Numbered from the stretch's first letter, positions 10,596-21,899 are shown. The stretch: DNA of 64,000 bases from Alphaproteobacteria bacterium (GCA_965267185.1 OZ253937.1:327030-391029), one strand, 5' to 3'. The notes: a model not told the origin generated them from the letters alone. Numbers and translations are program-made.

Positions 10596-10610
10596 GAACA
10601 ATACGAGAAC
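10596..10610. promoter_or_regulatory. Alphaproteobacterial LexA (SOS) box
   Basis: GAAC-AATACGA-GAAC = GAAC-N7-GAAC in the divergent nrdA/SRAP intergenic region. Confidence 0.7.
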
Positions 10611-10746
10611 ATTCTAGAGATTCGCAATTTTTCGTCAACCGAATCGGGTGAAAAACCCATGCAAGCCAATAGTTTGCGCCGCTCCAAAATAAATTTGTCA
10701 CGAACCGGGCCGAAATGCCGCTATTTTGCGGGCAGCCCTATTTAGA

Positions 10747-10762
10747 ACCCTATATCTAGGGG
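10747..10762. promoter_or_regulatory. Single NrdR-box-like palindrome upstream of SRAP gene
   Basis: ACCCTATATCTAGGGG matches the NrdR core, 33 bp before the SRAP ATG. Confidence 0.5.
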
Positions 10763-10795
10763 CTGAAACAGCGCGAAATTGGCGGTAACCGGCAG

Positions 10796-11587
10796 ATGTG
10801 CGGACGCTTCGGACTGCTTCATCCCTGGACCGATATGTTCCAGGCCTACTCGATTATTTCCTCGCCGCTGAACCTGCCGCGGCGGTTCAACATCGCGCCG
10901 ACTCAGCCCATCGTCGCGATCACCGGCGCGCCGGCCGCCGAATCGGGGGACAGGAGGCGCGGCACCATCGCGACCTTGTTCCGCTGGGGCCTGGTGCCGT
11001 CCTGGGCGAAGGATATTTCGGCCGGCGCCAAGACGATCAACGCGCGCGCCGAAACCGTTGCCGAGAAACCGTCCTTCCGCGCCGCCTTCCGCCGCCGGCG
11101 CTGCCTCATTCCCGCCAGCGGCTTCTACGAATGGCAGAGCCAGCCGAAAGGCCCCAAGCAGCCGTTCTGGATTACCGCCGCCGATGGCGGGCTGCTCACC
11201 TTCGCCGGATTGTGGGAGAGCTGGATGTCGCCCGACGGCGACGAGCTGCAAACCTGCACCATCGTCACCACCACCGCGAACGAGTCGCTGGCGCCGATTC
11301 ATCACCGCATGCCGGTGATCCTGGCGCCCGCCGATTTCGCGGCGTGGCTCGATGTCGGCGACGGCAAGAACGATTTCGGCACCGACCTATCGGTCGTGCA
11401 AAGCTTATTGCGCCCGGCGCCCGACGGCGCCACCACTGCCTGGCCGGTCTCGACCCGTGTCAACAACGTGCGCAACGACGATGAAAGCCTGGTGGAACCG
11501 GCCGAGCCTATCTCTTCTGATTCACAGACCGACGATGACGGCGATAAGGGCCCGCCCGACTCCGGTCAGGGCGATCTGTTTTCGTGA
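10796..11587 (+). CDS. SOS response-associated peptidase (SRAP/YedK/HMCES-like)
   Basis: MCGRF N-terminus (catalytic Cys2), RFNIAPTQ, WGLVP.W, INARAET, GFYEW, IHHRMPVIL. Confidence 0.95.
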   Translation: MCGRFGLLHPWTDMFQAYSIISSPLNLPRRFNIAPTQPIVAITGAPAAESGDRRRGTIATLFRWGLVPSWAKDISAGAKTINARAETVAEKPSFRAAFRRRRCLIPASGFYEWQSQPKGPKQPFWITAADGGLLTFAGLWESWMSPDGDELQTCTIVTTTANESLAPIHHRMPVILAPADFAAWLDVGDGKNDFGTDLSVVQSLLRPAPDGATTAWPVSTRVNNVRNDDESLVEPAEPISSDSQTDDDGDKGPPDSGQGDLFS

Positions 11588-11635
11588 TCGGGCCGGGAGA
11601 CTCGATTAAAGATCGAACGTCCAGTAATCACCCCT

Positions 11636-12838
11636 TTACAGCCGCTCCAAAATCTCTCGCCGCCGCGTGGCCGCTTCGGCTTCGGTGATCAGACCTTTTT
11701 CCAGAAGGTCTTGGATTTTCCTAAGCCGCGTTTCGGTATCGTTTCCGCCGGTTTGCTTAGCGTGCGGACGTTCTTGCGCTGGAGTTTTTGCGGCGAGCGC
11801 TTTGTTGGCGGAGGTGCCGACCTGGAATGTTATCGGCCTTCCGTTTCCGTCCGTGCCCTCGCCGTTTCCATCCTGCTCGCTATTCATCTGGTAGGTGCCC
11901 GAGGCGGTTAAGCCGCTATCGCAGCGCATGAACCAGATGCCGAAGGGAGGTTGGGCTGTGCGCCACTCACCGCCTTTGGTCTGCCATCTGCCGGTGCAGT
12001 CACCTACATCTCCTTGCAGCTTCGCCGAAATCTTTCCCTCCTGGCCAAGCGTAGAGGTCGCGAGTGTTCCGGACGCAAGCTCGCTGACGCCCTCCCAATT
12101 GAAGGCGACAGGGAAGGACACCGGCGTTCGGCTGCCGCCGGTGGCGCCACTTTGACGGGGTTTCGATGGGGTTTGACTCGATGTGGCGACAGTGCTTGCT
12201 AAAGTCGTTGGTTTTGGCAGATCGTAGCGTTTCAGTCTCGCGATCGGCCGACCGTCTTTCTTGATCTTGGAGAGATAATGTGCGCTCAGCGCGATGGCTT
12301 CGGTGGCGTTGCCGCCGACTGGAGCACAAGAGACCGAACGTGCGTAATAATCACCATATGTGCCAAAATATCCTTCGCTATAAAACTCCTCGTCGATATA
12401 GACGAGACCAGCGCACATTGCGCCGGTCGGAACCCAGCGATAGGTGACGATTATGAGGTTCTTTGAGATCTTTTCAGAACTTTGAATGTCGCAGTTTTGA
12501 ACGTTTTTGGGGCTGCAGATCAGCCGGGACGCAGCATCTTCGTTGAATTCTGCAGATTGGTAATGCGATCCGGAGGGAAGTTTGTCATAGATGAGGGCAG
12601 AGTTATCGAAGCGCCAATACTCTCGGTAGCTATTGTTGCCGATAAATCCGGCGCTAACGCTAACTAACCGCCTGCCTTCAAGTGGAATTTGCAGCAACGC
12701 ATCAGTGGTATCGATCGTATCGTACCGATACTTGCCCAAATGAGCGCCACCAGTTGACTTGATCTCCACTTCCGCGGCGGATGCCGAGAGGCTCAACGCG
12801 GCCAAAATTAGTGCTGCTATGCTCCAACGAAGGATCAT
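11636..12838 (-). CDS. Exported hypothetical protein with C-terminal SHOCT-like domain
   Basis: ATG 12838 with GGGAGAG RBS, signal peptide (ALSLSASAA), C-terminal RLRKIQDLLEKGLITEAE...RREIL; lower GC. Confidence 0.7.
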   Translation of the reverse strand: MILRWSIAALILAALSLSASAAEVEIKSTGGAHLGKYRYDTIDTTDALLQIPLEGRRLVSVSAGFIGNNSYREYWRFDNSALIYDKLPSGSHYQSAEFNEDAASRLICSPKNVQNCDIQSSEKISKNLIIVTYRWVPTGAMCAGLVYIDEEFYSEGYFGTYGDYYARSVSCAPVGGNATEAIALSAHYLSKIKKDGRPIARLKRYDLPKPTTLASTVATSSQTPSKPRQSGATGGSRTPVSFPVAFNWEGVSELASGTLATSTLGQEGKISAKLQGDVGDCTGRWQTKGGEWRTAQPPFGIWFMRCDSGLTASGTYQMNSEQDGNGEGTDGNGRPITFQVGTSANKALAAKTPAQERPHAKQTGGNDTETRLRKIQDLLEKGLITEAEAATRRREILERL

Positions 12839-12977
12839 TTTTCGCTCTCCCGTACTGGTTGATAGAAAGCGTAGCACCAATCCGCAATAGGCGAAAACCG
12901 GCGCTGGAACCTGCAGATTTCGGGCGCCGTTAACCAAAACAGCGGTGCCTCACCGGCAAAAATGGTGGCGGAAGGGC

Positions 12978-13646
12978 TTAGCCAACACTGATCGCCAGGG
13001 TGCGGCTGATCTCCGATAGGCTGCGCCCGCTTTCGGCGCGCCATTCGTTGAAGGCGGTTTGTACGGCCTTGAGGTCGCGTTGCGAGGTGGGATTTTTGTC
13101 GACCACGCCCTCGGCGATGAGCGCGGCGACCACGTCGCGCGACATGATCGGCGTATCGAGGCCGGCAAAGCGCAGGAAGTACTGACCCGACGCGCCGCCG
13201 AGCCGGCTGCCGCGTTTCTTCAGTAGGGTCCACAGGCTGACCATGTCGTCGACCGGCCAGTTGGCGAAGAATTTGCCCGCGCTGCCATGTTCCTCGGCCA
13301 AGTCCAAAACGAAACGAGCGTTGTCGCGGGTGGAGAGAATCTTTTTCGCGTGGCGGATGATGGCGGGGTTGCGGGTCAGCGCGTCGATATCTTCGTCGTT
13401 CAGCGCAACGATCCGGCGCGGCTCGAAACCGAAAAAAGCTTCCTCGAAGCCCTCCCACTTCTGCTCGACCACCTTCCAGGAAAAACCGGCGTTGAACACG
13501 CACTTGGTCATGCCGGCGAGATAGCGGTGGTCGGGCGTCGCCGCCAACTCAGCCGCCGTCTTCGGCTGCGGCAACAGCGCGTCGAGTTCCTCGGCACCGC
13601 CGCGAAGCTTCGCCGCGCGGTCGTAGATGTCTTGAAAACGCCCCAT
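12978..13646 (-). CDS. DNA-3-methyladenine glycosylase I family protein
   Basis: DHRYL..MTKCVFNAGFSW.VV..KW.GFEEAF.GF, IIRH..KI, G.RLGG..GQYFLR..G.D. Confidence 0.85.
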   Translation of the reverse strand: MGRFQDIYDRAAKLRGGAEELDALLPQPKTAAELAATPDHRYLAGMTKCVFNAGFSWKVVEQKWEGFEEAFFGFEPRRIVALNDEDIDALTRNPAIIRHAKKILSTRDNARFVLDLAEEHGSAGKFFANWPVDDMVSLWTLLKKRGSRLGGASGQYFLRFAGLDTPIMSRDVVAALIAEGVVDKNPTSQRDLKAVQTAFNEWRAESGRSLSEISRTLAISVG

Positions 13647-13724
13647 CGTCTCTGTCCCCAAATTGTCGCGAGAAGAAACTTAGGCCGTAAGGGGTAATTT
13701 TCCAGGTGGGTCGGAGTCCCGGAT

Positions 13725-13799
13725 TGGTGGGCGCGGCTGGATTTGAACCAACGACCCCTCGCATGTGAAACGAGTGCTCTACCACTGAGCTACGCGCCC
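13725..13799 (-). tRNA. tRNA-Val (CAC)
   Basis: GGGCGCGTAGCTCAGTGGTAGAGCA-CTCGT-TTCACAT-GCGAG-GGGTCGTTGGTTCAAATCCAGCCGCGCCCACCA; full cloverleaf, encoded CCA. Confidence 0.95.
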
Positions 13800-13910
13800 C
13801 GCGCGACGGCGGATAACCGCTGGGTCTATAGGGGGAGCCGATCCGCCGAGTCAAGCGCCGCCCGCGCGCTTAAGCTGTTGGAGTCGCGCGAGTGTGCTAG
13901 CCTAAAGCGG

Positions 13911-14792
13911 ATGCACTTGAGGTTGCGACATACCGCCATCGCCGTAGCGCTCGCCGCCGGTCTGGCCGTTCCCTGGACGGTGGGACTGCGGGCGGATGGT
14001 GCTGCGCCCGTCGAGCGGGCGGCGGTGCCCATGCCGGCGCATACCGAAAGCGCGGGTGGCGACGGCTTCGCTCTGTCCTACGACGTCTACAAAAGCGGAT
14101 TCCGGGTGCTGACGCTCGATTTTGATGTGGCGCTCGGAGAGGGCCGCTACCGCACCGATGCGAAGCTTGAATCCGCCGGCATCATTGGCTGGCTGTTCGA
14201 ATGGCGGCTTGAGGCTCTGAGCGATGGCCTCTTGGAAGACACCGACGTGGTTCCGCAACGTCACCGTTTTGCCAACCGTTGGCGGGGGCGGGGACGTTCG
14301 GTCGAGATCGGCTACCGGGCGGGCGTCCCGGCCGACGTTCGCGCCGACCCGCCCTACGGCAATGACGCGGCGCGTGCCGTGTCGCCCGATATGCTGCCGG
14401 GCTCGGTCGACCCCATGAGCGCGGCGACCGCGATCGTGCTGGCAAACGCGACCGGGCCGCTATGCCCGCCGACGATCCCGGTTTACGACGGCCGCCGCCG
14501 CTACAACGCCTTGCTCGCGCCGCTGGGGACGAAGGACTTGAAACCGAGCAACGTCGCCGCGTTCAGCGGCCCGGCCGAGGGGTGCCGCTTGGACTTCGAA
14601 CGGATCGCCGGTTTTAAACAGGGCGACGACCGGATGAACAAAATGAGCGTCGATATCTGGCTGGCCGATATTGGTACGGGGGCTAAGGTGCCGGTGCGCC
14701 TGGAACTCGACACGCCGTGGGGCATCGGGTTCGCCCATCTCGCGTGGGCCCGGAACGCGAACGGAGCGCTTCTGTTCGGCGAAACGGAGTAG
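13911..14792 (+). CDS. DUF3108-like exported protein
   Basis: Signal peptide, LSYDVY..GF.V, DPMSAA, PVYDGRRRYN, VDIWLA..G...VPVR pattern; start chosen at ATG 13911. Confidence 0.7.
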   Translation: MHLRLRHTAIAVALAAGLAVPWTVGLRADGAAPVERAAVPMPAHTESAGGDGFALSYDVYKSGFRVLTLDFDVALGEGRYRTDAKLESAGIIGWLFEWRLEALSDGLLEDTDVVPQRHRFANRWRGRGRSVEIGYRAGVPADVRADPPYGNDAARAVSPDMLPGSVDPMSAATAIVLANATGPLCPPTIPVYDGRRRYNALLAPLGTKDLKPSNVAAFSGPAEGCRLDFERIAGFKQGDDRMNKMSVDIWLADIGTGAKVPVRLELDTPWGIGFAHLAWARNANGALLFGETE

Positions 14793-15025
14793 GCGCCAAC
14801 CTCATCCTTCCAGGCGCCGCGCGACGCCTCCCTACAGAGTTAACGATGCGTTAGCACGGGCGTTCTAACGTCCGGTAGGACACGGCCTCTGCCCGGATTT
14901 TGTAATAATTTCGAACAATTCGTGTCTTGGATGGAGTCACACCGCTGTGGCAGTGTCCGCCCGTCTGGTCCGGGGTAGTTTTGGGGGCTCTTCCGGGAAA
15001 CGGTTTGAAGCCACCTGTATGCACG

Positions 15026-16381
15026 ATGATGCCTGACACGCCTGTTGCCGCCCTTATTCTCGCTGCCGGTCTCGGCACGCGCATGAAATCGGACCGCCCG
15101 AAAGTGATGCATCCGCTCGCCGGACGGCCGATGGTGTCGCACCTGCTCGGCACCGTGGATGCGCTGACCCCCGACCGTGTGGCCGTTGTGGTCGGCCCTG
15201 GCATGGACGAAGTTGCCACCGCCGTGGCGCCCCATCCGACGTGCATCCAGCACGACCGGCTGGGCACCGGCGATGCGGTCAAGGCCGCCAAAGACGAACT
15301 GGAAGGTTTCACCGGGCCCGTCCTGGTGCTCTATGGCGATACTCCGCTGGTCAAAATAGAGACCATGCAGGCCGCCGCCGAGGCGTGCGCGAACGGCGCG
15401 GCGGTCGTCGTTGTTGGCTTCCGGCCTGCCAAGGCTGGCGACTATGGCCGGCTGGTCACCGACGACAGCGGTGCGCTGCTCGAAATCGTCGAAGCCAAGG
15501 ACGCCACCGAGGAGCAGCTCGAAATCGGGCTGTGCAATTCCGGGCTCATGGCGATTTCCGGCGAGCATCTGTTTGCGATGCTCGATGAGATTGGCACCGA
15601 CAACGCTAAGGGCGAGTACTACCTGACGGATATCGTCGCCATCGCGCGGGGCAGGGGCCTTGATACTGCCGTGGTCGAGGCCAGCGACGCCGAGCTGATG
15701 GGGATCAACAGCCGCGGTGAACTGGCGGTGGCGGAAGCGGTCGTGCAGTTCGAATTGCGCGCCCGCGCCATGGCCGGTGGGGCGACCCTGGTCGATCCGT
15801 CGACGGTCTGGCTCTCCCACGACACGGAGCTCGGCCGCGATGTCACGGTCCATCCCAACGTCGTCTTCGGGACCGGGGTAACGGTCGGCGACGATGTGGA
15901 GATCAAATCCTACAGCCATCTCGAAGGGGCAATGGTGGCGGCAGATGCCGTGATCGGCCCGTTCGCGCGCTTGCGGCCGGGCGCCGACATCCGCGCAGGC
16001 GCGCGGGTCGGCAACTTCGTCGAGATCAAGGCGGCGGTGCTCGGTGAAGGCGCCAAGGCGAACCATCTCAGCTATATCGGCGACGCCACGGTAGGCGCGG
16101 AGGCCAATATCGGCGCCGGCACCATCACGTGTAATTATGACGGCTTCGACAAATTCCAAACGGTGATCGGCGCCAATGCCTTCATCGGCTCGAACACCGC
16201 TTTGGTGGCGCCGGTGACGGTGGGCGACGGCGCCATCGTCGCTGCCGGCAGCACGATCAGCCGGGATGTCGAGGCTGACGCGCTGGCGATTGAGCGCGCG
16301 CCACAAGCCGATAAGCCCGGCTGGGCGTTGTCGTTCCGCGAGCCACGCCAGGCGGCCAAACTCAAGAAAGCGAAAGGTTAG
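15026..16381 (+). CDS. glmU: Bifunctional UDP-GlcNAc pyrophosphorylase / glucosamine-1-P acetyltransferase
   Basis: ILAAGLGTRMKS, LGTGDAV, GEYYLTD, hexapeptide repeats, GNFVEIK, HLSYIGDA, TCNYDG. Confidence 0.97.
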   Translation: MMPDTPVAALILAAGLGTRMKSDRPKVMHPLAGRPMVSHLLGTVDALTPDRVAVVVGPGMDEVATAVAPHPTCIQHDRLGTGDAVKAAKDELEGFTGPVLVLYGDTPLVKIETMQAAAEACANGAAVVVVGFRPAKAGDYGRLVTDDSGALLEIVEAKDATEEQLEIGLCNSGLMAISGEHLFAMLDEIGTDNAKGEYYLTDIVAIARGRGLDTAVVEASDAELMGINSRGELAVAEAVVQFELRARAMAGGATLVDPSTVWLSHDTELGRDVTVHPNVVFGTGVTVGDDVEIKSYSHLEGAMVAADAVIGPFARLRPGADIRAGARVGNFVEIKAAVLGEGAKANHLSYIGDATVGAEANIGAGTITCNYDGFDKFQTVIGANAFIGSNTALVAPVTVGDGAIVAAGSTISRDVEADALAIERAPQADKPGWALSFREPRQAAKLKKAKG

Positions 16382-16387
16382 CCGAAC

Positions 16388-18211
<1,824 letters not shown>

Positions 18212-18292
18212 GGGCGTTTCCCTTTTTGCTTTTGCTCGCCCGTGGCAAGCAATTATGCTGTGCTGCGGCGACGAAACGATAGGCGAGATAGC

Positions 18293-18733
18293 GTGCTAAC
18301 CACGGTTTCCGACATTTCGGTGAACCAGACCATCTGGCGGCTAAACGAAACCGACACCGCGTATGACGCAGCTGTCTTGATGACCGAGCGGGATATCTCC
18401 GCTGTGCTTATCTACGACAAAGACGAACGACTGGTGGGGATTGTTACGGAACGCGACATCGCCCGCCGCGTCGTTGCGGAGGGCCGCGATCCCAAATCAA
18501 CGGGCGTACGCGACATGATGACGCGCGACGTCGAGACAATAGAGCCTGGCGAGAGTAACAACCGGGCGCTACGCATTATGCAAGCGCGGCGAATTCGTCA
18601 TTTGCCGATTGTCGAAGAGGGACGTGTGGTCGGGATCGTATCGATGCGAGACTTAAGACGGTCCCGGGCTCAGACTTTCCCTCGCAATGTTGGTCGGGTT
18701 TTACGTCGAACATTTCGCAAACGAGCGGCGTGA
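18293..18733 (+). CDS. Stand-alone CBS-pair protein
   Basis: LVGIVTERD...MTRDV, RIRHLPIVE.GRVVGIVS.RDL; ORF open from 18242. Confidence 0.85.
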   Translation: MLTTVSDISVNQTIWRLNETDTAYDAAVLMTERDISAVLIYDKDERLVGIVTERDIARRVVAEGRDPKSTGVRDMMTRDVETIEPGESNNRALRIMQARRIRHLPIVEEGRVVGIVSMRDLRRSRAQTFPRNVGRVLRRTFRKRAA

Positions 18734-18813
18734 GTTTGGTAATCGTCAGCGCGAGACCGTTGCGAGAGAACGTTCATAGCACTGGGGCGGCGGGTAATAT
18801 CTGCACTTTCGTG

Positions 18814-19851
18814 CTATTCGGAGTCGTCGTAGCCACCATCGTCATCACCTCCGCCGGCGTCGCTTCCGTATCTTTGCAATTCATGGAATGGTACACGTTC
18901 CTCGATCGATTGAGCAGTTAGATTGAGCAGGCGCTCGGGCCGCAGAAATGTTAAGCGGACGCCTTTCCCAATAGGCAATTCTGGGACGGAGTCGTTGCCG
19001 TCAATTTTATCTTCATCACGCAGCGAGTGCAGTTCACGCTCGAATAATTTCGTTTGTTCGGGCAGTAGGCCGATATCGATGACGGTGGCACTTTCATGGC
19101 TACCGAACCAGTCGGTGCTGGATTGAACGGTATTCGCGAAGGCGAGACCCCGCGGTGTTAGATCGTGCACAACGAAGACATCGAGCTTTGGTTGTCTTCG
19201 TAAGTTTTGGAACAGATGACGCTGGTCTCCGGTAGGGATATCGCATCCACCCATTACAACGCAGTTGTTTTCGAGGTGAAACTCATGGACCAAATAAAAG
19301 CGTGCATATTCGGGATTCTCGCAGAGCAGTAGGCGGGCTGCGGGCTGCCCATCCAATACAACGGTGGTATCGCCTTCGCCCGGTGCGGACACGGATTCGC
19401 TTATCTTATGGGTCGGCGGGTTGATCCGCTCGTAGGCTCGTATCGCGTGGATAACATTGCGCGGGTTGGTATGGGGCCGCCCAAGTGCAACTGCGGTAAG
19501 CCCGGCTACGAGTGCGATAGCAACAAACAACACAAATATGTTGAAACCAGTGAATACGAAAACGATCAGGGAAACGGCAATCGTTCCCATTACTCCGAGT
19601 GCACTCGCGATCCTTTTAGGATCATTTGGCGGCGATGACCGACGGCGAACTTCGTAAAAAAGGTGATCTTCGAGATAGTAGTAGGCCTTGTTCTTGGAGA
19701 CCCCGTCGATGCAACGCTTGATAAAAAAATCCGTTGCTCCGTCGGTTTGTGGACTTAGTGCCACCCGGTGTCCGCAATTGGGACATTGGCCCAGCGAATA
19801 CTTGCCTGTGTCCGGCTCTTTCGCCTTGTGATCGCAGTTCACACAACGCAA
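18814..19851 (-). CDS. Hypothetical protein: CxxC...CxxC zinc ribbon, two TM helices, C-terminal TOPRIM-like domain (inferred)
   Basis: TTG start at 19851 (GGGGA RBS) gives MRCVNC...CPNC; hydrophobic hairpin; LLLCE...VVHDLTPRG...IDIGLLP spacing resembles TopoVI-A/Spo11-type TOPRIM. Confidence 0.6.
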   Translation of the reverse strand: MRCVNCDHKAKEPDTGKYSLGQCPNCGHRVALSPQTDGATDFFIKRCIDGVSKNKAYYYLEDHLFYEVRRRSSPPNDPKRIASALGVMGTIAVSLIVFVFTGFNIFVLFVAIALVAGLTAVALGRPHTNPRNVIHAIRAYERINPPTHKISESVSAPGEGDTTVVLDGQPAARLLLCENPEYARFYLVHEFHLENNCVVMGGCDIPTGDQRHLFQNLRRQPKLDVFVVHDLTPRGLAFANTVQSSTDWFGSHESATVIDIGLLPEQTKLFERELHSLRDEDKIDGNDSVPELPIGKGVRLTFLRPERLLNLTAQSIEERVPFHELQRYGSDAGGGDDDGGYDDSE

Positions 19852-19959
19852 CGATGAAATCCCCTGGTCCAAGCCGAAAATACACAATGAACTCACTGTG
19901 GAAGGGTCTATCCTAACCCATGGTGACTTACGACGAACTGTAATCTTGGATTGCCTTAA

Positions 19960-21825
19960 ATGTCCGACCTCCTGGGTGCTTGGTCGCTAACCGACCGGTT
20001 GGCCCTAAAACAGATTTCAGAGGGAGATAAGCGGGCGATGATGTCCCATCTGCCAGGTCATGCGGGTGGCTTGACGGAATTTGCACAAGGCCGAGCCTGG
20101 ATTGTGGCATCCCGGAGCAAATTGATTGGCCAGGGAGCGCAATGTTTGGCGTTCGAAGGATTGATCGTGCCAGCGCAGGATGAAAGACGGCCGCTTGACT
20201 ATTTATTCCGCGATTACGCGACCAATAAACCGGACGACGTAAAACCCGAGGGCCATTACGCGCTAGCGCTTGCGTTACCCGGCGGGGACGGTCTGGTGCT
20301 GCTGCGCAGCCTGTCCGGAGGTGAGCGCCTCTATTACACCCAAGTTGGGGATGTTGTGCTCTTCGCGTCCTCGATCCGTCCGATCCTGGCTCACTCTGGG
20401 ATACGTAGACGATTCAATTGGCCAACGGCAAACCAGGTGTTGGTGAGCGGTCTTTCGCTGTTCGGAACCGCTACCCTTGTTAAGGGCGTAGACGAGGTTC
20501 TTCCGGGTCACACTCTGAAATTAGCGCAAACCGTCGGGCGCCAACGCTGGCATTGGCAGGGGTTGTTGGAACCGCCCGAGGGCGACATTGCCACGTTGGC
20601 GAAAACATACAGAGACCGCCTCACACATGATGTGGAACGTGCGATCGGCAACGATTCGACAGTCGCAGTTACGCTATCCGGTGGCATCGATTCGTCGGCG
20701 ATCGCTGCGGCGGCGGTCGATGTCGTCGGCGCCAAGAACGTCGTTGCGATCACCTACGAATTTGACGACCGCGCGCATTACACGGAGACACACTATGCGA
20801 GCGAAGTGTGCTGTGCGCTCGGCATAACGGATCATCGGATATTTCAACTTGGTTTTCGCGAATTTCTGCAGGCTATACCCGAAGCGATGTGGCGCGCAGA
20901 AAGCATTGTGCATTGGCCGAAGGCGTTCATGCTCACTGCCAATCGGCAGATTCGTGATTATGGTTTCAGCAAATATCTGTGTGGATTTGGGATCGGTAGC
21001 CACATGGCATATTTCGAAGATCTCGCCAACGCCGTGGGCAGCGTGCCCTTTCTCAGCGAAGCTCTAACGAGCTGGACCCACCAATATTCGCGACCTGTAC
21101 GCTGGCGGCGTCATCTCGGAAAGGTTCACCCCGCGCTCGAACCTGCCTATCCGCGATTGCGCTACCTTGTTCTAACCATATTGCGGAACAAGGGGCTTAT
21201 CGGCTCGTTCGCCTCCTATTTTCCTGCCGAAATACGGCCGCTCTTGGATGAAGACATCGACCTTTCGAGGACCGAGCCTTACGGCGATGAGCTTTCGCTC
21301 ATAGAGCAGTTGCGTGAGCATAGTTTTGCTCATCTCCTGTCGTGTATCGATGTGACGCGCTGGGAGAAGCCTCTACGTGAGGTTGGCGCGTCACGAATTT
21401 CACCCGCGCATTTCGCCAACAGTTTGCCATACTCCTATCTTCCGCCTCATCCGCCGCCGGCGTTTTGGTCGCACGACCGGCGGCTTCGGCCGGGTAAACT
21501 GCTGCTTAGGGAGGCCATGAAAAACACTCTGCCGGACTCCGTACTTTACCGACGGAAAAAGTGGGACCACGCCGTGGTTTCGCCGCGGTGGATGAAAGCC
21601 GGATTGCGTTGGATACGCGATGCGCTCCCGAACTCCGACCGGTATTTAGGGATCCGGGATGAAGCCTATTTGAAAGCAATCAGGGCCTTAGCACCCCGCG
21701 CACCTCAGGCGTCAGTGACTGCATTGCGGCTTTGGCACCGCATGTTTATCGAGCTGCCTTTGACGAACGAACCGCCGAGTTGGGAGAGTATTGGGGTTAG
21801 GCAAAGAGATTCCGCTGAAGCCTAG
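19960..21825 (+). CDS. Asparagine synthetase-like ATP pyrophosphatase with degenerate glutaminase domain
   Basis: 621 aa; LSGGIDSS, KLLLREAM...LP..V.YR.K; no N-terminal Cys; GHTL and LFASS remnants of the Ntn domain. Confidence 0.8.
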   Translation: MSDLLGAWSLTDRLALKQISEGDKRAMMSHLPGHAGGLTEFAQGRAWIVASRSKLIGQGAQCLAFEGLIVPAQDERRPLDYLFRDYATNKPDDVKPEGHYALALALPGGDGLVLLRSLSGGERLYYTQVGDVVLFASSIRPILAHSGIRRRFNWPTANQVLVSGLSLFGTATLVKGVDEVLPGHTLKLAQTVGRQRWHWQGLLEPPEGDIATLAKTYRDRLTHDVERAIGNDSTVAVTLSGGIDSSAIAAAAVDVVGAKNVVAITYEFDDRAHYTETHYASEVCCALGITDHRIFQLGFREFLQAIPEAMWRAESIVHWPKAFMLTANRQIRDYGFSKYLCGFGIGSHMAYFEDLANAVGSVPFLSEALTSWTHQYSRPVRWRRHLGKVHPALEPAYPRLRYLVLTILRNKGLIGSFASYFPAEIRPLLDEDIDLSRTEPYGDELSLIEQLREHSFAHLLSCIDVTRWEKPLREVGASRISPAHFANSLPYSYLPPHPPPAFWSHDRRLRPGKLLLREAMKNTLPDSVLYRRKKWDHAVVSPRWMKAGLRWIRDALPNSDRYLGIRDEAYLKAIRALAPRAPQASVTALRLWHRMFIELPLTNEPPSWESIGVRQRDSAEA

Positions 21826-21842
21826 GCGCAAAAATGCATGTT

Positions 21843-21899
21843 GACACCTATGTGGACCAGCCGCGCAACCTGGCGAAAAGCGTCACCGTGGAGTAGGGG
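21843..21899 (+). repeat. Orphan copy 1 of glmS 3' end (DTYVDQPRNLAKSVTVE*)
   Basis: GACCAGCCGCGCAACCTGGCGAAAAGC (21855-21881) identical to glmS 18170-18196; ends GAG TAG GGG as in glmS. Confidence 0.95.

Noticed and set aside
12958-12977. tRNA 3'-end fragment (att site) near the SHOCT gene
   Set aside because: Only TGGTGG matches the tRNA-Val end; too short to support.
19960-21825. Lasso peptide biosynthetic cluster
   Set aside because: No precursor ORF, leader peptidase or RRE gene found nearby; only the cyclase-like fold.
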